Both the position numbers and the translations under genes were made by a program. From the NCBI GenBank assembly GCA_951406725.2, contig OX597823.1, positions 112,902,001-112,966,000 of the forward strand: DNA of 64,000 nt, in the 5' to 3' direction. Below the pieces are notes generated by a model. It ran no database searches, had not been told where the DNA came from, and worked only from the letters and a program-made list of their open reading frames with translations. Below, in pieces: positions 55,010 through 64,000 of the stretch (position 1 is the first letter of the stretch; each line of letters opens with the position of its first letter). The DNA comes from Octopus vulgaris. Lineage: Eukaryota.

Positions 55010-55630
55010 CCGTCCAAGAATTTGAACCTGGAGATGTCCATTTCCAGCGACCTCGAGGGCCACCACCCAGTGGTGTCGGGCGTCAACGAAGAGCCCTCGA
55101 CTACAACAAGACGACCTCAAGTACTGGCTCTACAAGATCGACCGAGCCATAGGCAAATTTCTTTATTACCCATAAGGGTTCTACAGAAATGGGGACAATA
55201 CAATGATTTGGGGTCGTGTGGATGAAATGGAATTATTTACAATTAAATCGAATGAATTATTTACAATGAAATTGAATGTGTTACCAGAACAAACGAACAA
55301 AAAGGGACATATGAAGTCAAAAAAACAGGATAGCCGACCCCACAAGCCCTGTTAGCCATAGACAGAACCTGCAGAAAGTGCGGAGTGGGAGAGGAGACAG
55401 CGGAGCATGTCATCTACGACTGTCCACAGATCCATCGCCTGCCGCAAATGCCACCCCACCCCCAGACGCTCTGGCCAGTGACCCTACTTCTCCTTGTCCT
55501 TCGGATCTGGGGAAAGTGGACTTCCGCTCCCAACCTGCCAGACGTCTCCCAACCCACAGAACGGACGCAGTGAAATCCCTCTTACCCATCTTGTTGCTTA
55601 ACAACAACAACAACAACAGCAGCAGCAGCA
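55010..55630 (+). mobile_element. I-group-like LINE 3' end with CCHC knuckle and (AAC)n tail, interrupted by a 201-bp insertion
   Basis: Removing 55153-55361 joins DLKYWLYKIDRAI to DRTCRKCGVGEETAEHVIYDCP; stop at 55573. Confidence 0.75.
55153..55353 (-). mobile_element. Nested retroelement 3'UTR fragment
   Basis: TSD AGCCATAG at 55145-55152 and 55354-55361; tail TTGTATTGTCCCC...CCCTTATGGGTAATAAAGAAAT. Confidence 0.8.
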
Positions 55631-55899
55631 ACATTCTGTATTTTGCGCAGCATTAATCCATTAAAAGGCAGTTTTCTTTGGTTCTGTGCCGGGTCAGCCT
55701 CTAACAGGAAATAACGACATGTAATTCGGTTTTGTCAACAAAAGATCCGGAACCCAATGACATCCGGTACAAAATATTGTCCTTACTTTCGCAAGCTTCC
55801 CTTCTCTATCATCAGTTATAAACTGCTCAAAACACTTCGGTAAGATCTGGCTATATCCTTGGATACAGCTAGTAAAACAAGACAGCGTTACTTTTTCAA

Positions 55900-56228
55900 C
55901 AACAGTTGTTTAGAGCTCGGGCTCCCAATCTTGAGATCGTGAGTTCGATTGCCGAACTGAGCTGTTTATTCTACTCTTCAGCAAGACACTTTATTTCACA
56001 TTGCTCCAGTTCACTCAGCTGTAGAAATGAATTGCAACGTCACTGGTGCCAAATTGTATCGGCTTTTGCCTTCTCTTGGACAACATCGGTGGCGTGAAGC
56101 GGGTAGGCTGGTGTGCATACAAAACTACTGGTCTTCCATGAACAATTTTGCCCTGACTTGTACCACGGAGGGTAACTTTCTAGCTGCACTCTCATGGTCA
56201 TTCATGACCGGAGAGGGCTTTTACTCTA
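55900..56228 (+). mobile_element. Old CORE-like SINE
   Basis: B box GAGTTCGATT, then CAGCAAGACACTTTATTTCACATTGCTCCAGTTCACTCAGCTGTAGAAATG. Confidence 0.7.
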
Positions 56229-56338
56229 TTTGAAGGCCAAACTGGCATATGAATCTGGTTTTCCATCGAACAGATATATATCACTGTCAAGAAAACTATA
56301 AGTTTATCACTTGTCTAAATTTTATATATAAATTTCAT

Positions 56339-56770
56339 AGGCGTAGCTATGTGCAAGGAGTTTGCTTCCCAAATACATGGTTCCGGGTTCAGCCCTCCTG
56401 CGTGGCACCTTGCACTGGTGGCTTCTAATAAAGTCTTGGACCGACTAAAGCCTTGTGAGTGGATCTGATTGACGGAAACTAAAAGAAGCCCGTCGTGTAT
56501 GTGTGTGTGAGTATGAGTGTATGTGTGTGTGTGTGCGTGCGTGTTAGTGCGTGTATGTGCGTCTTTGTTCCTGTGTTTGTCCTTCCCGTCACCGCCTGAC
56601 TACCGGTGTTGGTATATTTATGTCCCCGTAATCTAGCGGTTCGGCAAAAGACACCGGCAGAATAAGTAATAGGCTTAATAAATAAGTCCTGGTGTTGATG
56701 TGTTCGACTAAACACCTTCAAGGCGGTGCTCCAGCATGGCCGCAGTCAAATGACTAAAACAAATAAAAGA
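56339..56770 (+). mobile_element. SINE family B
   Basis: Homologous to the other B copies, with internal (TG)n. Confidence 0.9.
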
Positions 56771-57893
56771 ATGCAAGTATACTATCTAAATTTTTTTCCT
56801 CCTTGAACTTGACCCTATTATCAAGAGGTGACTGATAAACAGGCAGGCAGGCGGAAAGGAATGATTGTGGAAACATGTTCAACGACTGTACTCTCTGACA
56901 AAAATTCCTTGTGAAAAGATCGCTTTTTTAGAGAAGTGTTCGATTCTATTCTGTTCTGTTGGATTAATTTCCTTGACCAAATTTACCTGCTGTCACTGAT
57001 ACTGCTTTTGAAAGCCGCAAAAAGACCTGGTCAACAACAATTCCGTCCTAGTCTTAAAAGGCATAGTAATCGTAGTGACATTCTTAGATTAATGTATCTT
57101 GTGGTGCGTTTGCAGTACCAGAATTTGGGGTAGTTGATTGGTCTATCGAAGAAAGTTGCTTTATCGATCATTTACGACATGATGAATATTTCGAAAACAA
57201 TATTCAAATTAGAGGGTAAGTTTTTCATGTTGGCTCTAACTCAGATATCTATTACCTGTGACAAATGTCCAGTAATTATGTGTTAGGGTCTACAACAAAA
57301 TGAAAAAAAAACCAATGTAATCTATAATTAATTTGTGAGCGATCTATTATTGTATACATGTAAAATATACAATTTTGAGGAGCAGTTAGATTTAGCGGTA
57401 GGTACATGAATGGCATTTGTGCAAACAAAACGTTCATATTTGACAGCAGAATACGATAAAATGTTTTCCTAGTTGAAAGCATTTACTTCAATGATATATC
57501 TTTTACCGCTATTCCACACAAGTCTAGATATACACACATATATTTTTTAACAAGCGAACTGGCTAATCGCCACACCAGTGCTTGATAAGGCCCAGAATTT
57601 CTATATATCGCTAGCGTGGGGATGACTCGCAGTCGAGCGTCCATCACTGATGACATCAAGGAAAATCGAAATGATGTGATCTGGTGGTCTTGGTGTTGGA
57701 GTTGCTAGGTATTTATCTCTATGCTTGCAATAGAAAAAAACAAGCGTGCATTCTGCGCCAAAAGCCTATATGAGAGTTTCTCTCATGGTACCCATCGTAG
57801 TAATGTTTGTTCTCTTACAGGATATCCATATTTAAGTGGAAATAAATATTATTTCTTGGTATTAATACTGCCTCTATCGCTAATATATATTAA

Positions 57894-58332
57894 TCTCTCT
57901 ATATATAAACGGCAAAATGCCTATGTGTGTGTGTGTGTGTGTGTGTGCGTGTGCGTGTGCGTGTGTGTGTCTGTGCGTGTGTATCCCTTAAACAAGTGTG
58001 TGTGTATCCCTTAAACAAATCCACAATTTTTCAGTTAGAGGGCTCGTACTTTCTATGGTCATTCAAAACCGTCCAAGGGTGGTCGTGCACATCTTTACAT
58101 TTCCCCTATCACCCTGCAAAGCCATTAAAAAATCAATAGAAGTGACATTTTTGTGACTTTTCTATCCAAAACTCAATCAAAATGCCCGAAACTTGATACG
58201 CCAATTGAATGCTAGCTAGCTGTATGTGATTGGTCGGAGATTTGGACAGTACTCGTATGTATGTGCACACGCACGCAGCTGTATATGCATGCACTAGCAC
58301 TATGACCCGGCGTTGCCAGGTCCTAGTGCTAA
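57894..58332 (+). mobile_element. Non-autonomous Helitron family H3 with extended terminal palindrome
   Basis: A|TCTCTCTATATATAAA...(TG)n...CTAGCACTATGACCCGGC-GTT-GCCAGGTCCTAGTGCTAA|T (CTRR end). Confidence 0.8.
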
Positions 58333-58537
58333 TAATATATATTTTAACAAGCTAACTGTCTAATCGCGACACCAGTGTCTGTTCTGGCATTGAGTTTCGA
58401 TATATCACTAGCCTGTGGGGGTAACTGCAATCTCTAGCGATAGAGCGTCCATAACCTGGGAGTGAACTTAGCCGTGTAAAATGACTGAGACTATATCGAA
58501 CCCTGCCTGAGGGACTGTACCTATATTTCTAAGATCA

Positions 58538-58650
58538 TTCTTGCCACTTGTTGTGTCATGCTGAATCGCGTTCGGGTTTATGTTAGGGGTTCAAGCACCT
58601 CTGGAACATTCGCCTAGTTTCATTCAAATTTTACGTATCAGACGTTCAGT
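58538..58650 (+). mobile_element. Highly degenerate SINE C tail
   Basis: CTTGCCACTTGTTGTGTCATGCTGAAT...TATGTTAGGGGT aligns by eye to CTTGTCACTCTCTGTGTCACGCTGAAT...TACGTTAAGGGT. Confidence 0.5.
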
Positions 58651-59629
58651 AAATCCCAAAACTAAATTCATAGACAGACCTGAAAAAAAGGGATTTAGTA
58701 AATCTGGTTGGTTGATTGATTTATTGAACGTTTAGTCCTACTAAATAATCTATTAGTTAATTTGTTAAGTGGTTAACCAATAAACGAATAAAAATAAAGA
58801 AGTGCGCGTGTGTGTGTAGTACTGGCGTAACCACTCTCTCGAGATGCAAGATATAGATGCTCTCCTTCAAAAGCAAAAGAGGATTCTTCAAACGTGAACA
58901 TGTAGTTAATTTGGTAGAACAACTGGACGATGCATCGTCGAATACGACGGCGATCCATTTATGTAGTGTGTTGACACACATCTGAAGACAGTCTTCGGTT
59001 TATATGTATTAAATTTTCATTATATAAACATCACATTCACTCATAGATGTGTTTTAACAGAAAATTACATCTCGAGCTTCACCAATCTCTTGCATAATTC
59101 TCAGAATCATCACAAATGTCACGCAGATGAATCAAGAACAACAACAGCAAAAACAGCAACAACAACAACAACAACAACAAAGAAAACAAAACCCACCGAC
59201 AATACTAAAATGATGATCACATTTGATTTAGAAACATAACATATTTATGTGTAATTTTTATAGATATGTATCAATGTTCAGGGCAAAATAGCAAGTCTTT
59301 ATCTCGGCGATAAAACATCTAAATGAACAGCAGCATGCAACAATGTGATAATTCCTAATCTATCATTGTTACATTATTGAGTCGTGCCGTTATATTACAT
59401 GTGATATTATCTGATATCTAACATCGCTTAAAGCTGTTTATATCTCTGCCAACCAATACATCTATGTGTACGTATGTGTATATAGTAAATAGGTGTGTGT
59501 GTGTATGTGTGTCTATGTTGTAGATAGGTGTGCGTATATGTATGTATGTGGCTGCGTGTACTTTCATATACAAATTTACCTGAATGTGTATATATATATA
59601 TAGAGAGAGAGATCTATATATATACACAC

Positions 59630-59662
<33 letters not shown>

Positions 59663-59891
59663 TATATACATATATATAAATATGATATATATATATATAT
59701 ATGTGTATGTGTGTGTGTAGGTATACTACGCGTATATAGACACATACATATAAAAATCCATACTTGTATATGCGTATATACATATGCATATATTTACATA
59801 CACGTTCAACAACAGCAACGACAACGACAAAGATAAAGAGGAGGAGGAGGAGGAGGAGGCGGAAGAAGACGATGAGAAAACTAACAAATAA

Positions 59892-59923
<32 letters not shown>

Positions 59924-60074
59924 ACAAGATTCTTCATTGTTAATAGTTGTCTTCTAATAATTGATCTATGGAGGCACGCACAGATTTTTGGTGCTACGAA
60001 GACACAAATACTCTAACAAGTATATATGTGTATTTATCATTATATCGTCGAGTTTATACGTAATTAGGTTTGTG

Positions 60075-60110
<36 letters not shown>

Positions 60111-60269
60111 GTATGGATGTTAGTGCGTATAGTTGTGTGTATGTTTCTCTATGTAAGGCTTTCTGAGTGTGTCAAAGACAGTATCTGTGTGTGTATGTCC
60201 TTGCCTTCATATAACATATATCTTGCACCAATTACCTCGCATCAGCACGCACGCACACACACACGCATA

Positions 60270-60325
<56 letters not shown>

Positions 60326-60588
60326 CAGAGGTACACGTATATACACACACGGTGGTGTGGTGCTGTCCGGTGGTGCCACCGACTGCAACATGTAAGATGG
60401 AGGAAACTGCTTATTTCGCAGAGTGTATTCATGTCTAAATATCTCCATGCACACACACACACACCCACACACACACACACACACATGTATGAATATATAA
60501 ATATATATGTGTGTGTGTATACGAACGTATACACGCATCTATGTACATGTACCAGTATATACATATGTAAATATATACCTATATACAT

Positions 60589-60646
<58 letters not shown>

Positions 60647-60758
60647 ATGTACATATATACCTATATACATATATACATATATACATATGTAAATGTATGT
60701 ATATATATATGTATATATATGTATATGTATATATATACATATACATATACAAATATAT

Positions 60759-60828
<70 letters not shown>

Positions 60829-60975
60829 TAACTGCTCTGTGTATATGTGCATGCATATACATATATAGAAAATTACAGAGATTGAGAAGGGAGAAGCTGA
60901 AAAATAAAAGAGGTGGAGGTAGAAATGAAGTGCTAACCATAATGATTACTACAATGATGTTAATACTTCAAATTT

Positions 60976-61044
<69 letters not shown>

Positions 61045-62160
61045 GTATCTATCTATCTATCTATCTATATATCTATCTATCTATCTATATATCTACCTAC
61101 CTATCAATCAATCTATCTATCTGTCTATCTATCTACCTACCTATGTATATATGCATGTATGTATGTATGTATGTATGTATGTATGTATCTATTTATTTAT
61201 CTATCTATCAATCTATCTACTATATCTGTCTCTCTATTTATATGCCGTTCTATATATAAATACGTATATGTATATAAATGCGTATATGTATATATACATA
61301 CTGCATACAGACATTGGTAATTTACAAAGCCCCTAATAGAAAAATTGAAGGCTTGACAGTTGCATGTACCGATAATCAGACATGCACACACACACGTATG
61401 CTCAAACGTACATAGATATATATACATATGTATGTATTACATGCATATATATATATATGCATATATGTATGTATAAATATATACACGCATACACGCACAC
61501 ACAGTGAGAAAGAGAAAGAGAGTGAGAGAGAAAGAGATATAGTGAGTAAAGGAGTGTGATTGATAGATATAGTTGTTAAATATGTGAGTAATACTTGAGT
61601 CGGAAAGACGGGGAGTGGGAGACGTTATTGTAATCGATTTGTGGTTTTACATCATAGAGATCAGATCATCTGAGACGGTAATAGATGAAAAACTCATGAC
61701 ATAATCTACTTTATATCTTGTCACTGTTTCATGCTGTACAATATCTATACAAGCTGATAACGTTCCTTCCAATCTTGCACACAATGAATGGCCGCTTGCA
61801 TGACAAAAAGGTTTCCGTCATTGATAAGCAATTTACTCAGCGCCAGAGAGAAGTCGCTGTGTTTCCAACCAACCGAGACAGTAACGCTGTTTCTATTCCA
61901 TGTTGCAGATATTGTTGTTACACTAAACCCTTAATTTTTTAATAGTTGTTTTATTTTTAATATTTTAATCTTTAGAACAGTAGCTGCACACCTGAACTTC
62001 GTAGCCATTAGAAGACTGACGAGAGAGAAATTGTTGAATCTGAGTTTGAATATCACCGCGTTAATGTCTGCCAAGGATAACCGTAGACAGCAAATGAATT
62101 TCGGAGTGCTGATCTCCCAGTGGCACTAAATAATTTGGACATAGTATTTTTTAATGTGAT

Positions 62161-62420
62161 GAAGGCGCGTGGCGTAGTGTTTACGATGTGGCACTGACGA
62201 TCGGTAGATCGTGGGTTCGACTCCATGATTGAACCCGTTGTGTTCTTGAGCAAACCACTTCATTTCACATTGCTCAAGTCTACTTTCGATCAGGGGAGGA
62301 TGTTGGCTTGCTCGCCTAGCGAGGTGACGTCCTTTGAAGGCTAAAACAATGCAAAAACACATTGTGATCAGCGATGTATAACAGCATCTACTAGCCTGGT
62401 CGGTTAGGTGATCCCGTGAT
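62161..62420 (+). mobile_element. SINE family D (tRNA-like head plus CORE-like domain)
   Basis: TGGCGTAGTG A box, GGTTCGACTCC B box, GTGTTCTTGAGCAAACCACTTCATTTCACATTGCTC. Confidence 0.75.
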
Positions 62421-62440
62421 TTGATAGTATGATTAAAGAT

Positions 62441-62617
62441 TTTTAATAGTATATTGTTCAAAACTGTTTAATAGTATATTGTTCAATAATAGTATATTGT
62501 TTAATAGTATATTGTTCAATAATAGTATATTGTTTAATAGTATATTGTTCAATAATAGTATATTGTTTAATAGTATATTGTTCAATAATAGTATATTGTT
62601 TAATAGTATATTGTTCA
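62441..62617. repeat. 33-bp minisatellite built from alternating 15- and 18-bp subunits
   Basis: (TTTAATAGTATATTG TTCAATAATAGTATATTG)n, about 4.5 copies. Confidence 0.95.
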
Positions 62618-63223
62618 GAACTGTTGATGGTTACCATTTTGTTTCCTTAATATGTGCAGTGATTGTGACTGGGGCGCTACTGGAGGTGACAATATTATCA
62701 AATCGCCATTGACGAATATGTTTGACTGTTGTTTCTTGAGAAAGTGATGAGTGAACAGTGGTCACGATTGGAACAATTTAATCCTACATGTACATTATCC
62801 GGACTATCCTTAGATTAAGCTCAAAACATACATGGCTTAATCAGCTCCCCTGAATTGCCGGGTTTTCTCTAAGTAAGAGGTTGTTACACTCATTATTCTA
62901 ATTAAACTGATGGCTATGTGGTATGTCTGTATCTTGTCTCTGTAATTTAAAATTTCATGTCAGATCGCATTATTGAAGCGAGCACTGGTAAGACCCCCTT
63001 TGAACAAAGTTTTTATGGAGATGTTTTTACTCAATATTCTTTTATGCTGCACACACTCTCATAATTCCATACCTGAACTTCCTGACGAGTCGTTAATGCG
63101 ACATATCGAGGAGACATATTTGAAGACTTGATTTAGAGTGAAGATTTGTATAATCTGCATTGGATCAAGTATTGACTGGCGATTCGTCAATATGCATACG
63201 TGAACGTGTATGTGTGTGTGAGT

Positions 63224-63254
<31 letters not shown>

Positions 63255-63484
63255 CGTGCGTGTATGTACATGTGTGTGTATGACTTGACAGAACCTTCGG
63301 TTATGCCAGAGATGACAGTGTCATTCAAAGTGTGCACCATTTTTGCCCACTGCTATATTGCGAAGTTTCAAATCGTAGAGACTACAATTGGAGGCTGATC
63401 ATAAGAAGGCAGTTTAGCCAGATGACTGAATGTCACAAATTCTAATATCGCTTCCCCTAAAATTCAATAGAGTTGATGATATAT

Positions 63485-63718
63485 CTATTTCTTTACTACC
63501 CACAAGGGGCTAAACACAGATGGGACAAACAAGGACAGACAAAGGGATTAAGTCGATTACATCGACCCCCAGTGCGTAACTGGTACTTAATTTATCGACC
63601 CCGAAAAGATGAAAGGCAAAGTCGACCTCGGCGGAATTTAAACTTGGAACATAATGACAGACGAAATACGGCTACGCATTTCACCCGGCGTGCTAGCGTT
63701 TCTGCCAGGTCGCCACCC
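63485..63718 (-). mobile_element. SINE family A, full length
   Basis: TSD TAGAGTTGAT(G/A)ATATAT at 63468-63484 and 63719-63735. Confidence 0.93.
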
Positions 63719-64000
63719 TAGAGTTGATAATATATTGGTTGATTTTCTTTATTGTTAAACTCCAAATTAGTCCTAAGCAAGGAACCCGTTTACTCTGTTT
63801 CAGTATGTCCCACGTTGGGTTTTGTTAGGCCCCAGATTATCCCTTATCAAGAAGACATGATAAAGAACGTAAATGCCATGATCATCCAGGTCTATTTTAT
63901 ATCCAAGACTACAATGTTCAAGGTATCATTTTCTTTTGATGGCTCACTTGCATTTACAGTGTAGTTTAAATGGTATTTATAGCACGGCGAACCAAAACGT

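Noticed and set aside
63078-63113. CUUC-CUGACGA-GUCG..CGAC..GGAG
   Set aside because: GAAA and the cleavage triplet are absent

Overview
AT-rich, microsatellite-dense eukaryotic non-coding DNA (intronic or intergenic). The SINE repertoire resembles that of Octopus/coleoid cephalopods; this is inference from recollection, not a database result. No intact host protein-coding gene, tRNA, rRNA or CRISPR array is supportable, and nearly all ORF-track entries are microsatellite translations. The window is a mosaic of tRNA-derived SINEs (called families A-D here, many with TSDs), non-autonomous Helitrons, a TTAGGG-containing MITE, decayed mariner and hAT transposases, 5'-truncated LINE ends (R4/Dong, RTE, Tx1/L1-like, I-like) and Penelope-like (PLE) remnants. 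The best candidate system is a type I hammerhead ribozyme with an intact catalytic core (33091-33173, minus). It sits inside a 340-bp terminally redundant, (TA)n-flanked unit that looks like a retrozyme or circRNA-derived insertion, and several degenerate hammerhead-like motifs and foldback elements lie elsewhere in the window. Second, SINE A, a Tx1/L1-like LINE end and two orphan inserts share a 3' tail, which suggests a SINE-LINE partnership. All coordinates and alignments were read by eye.
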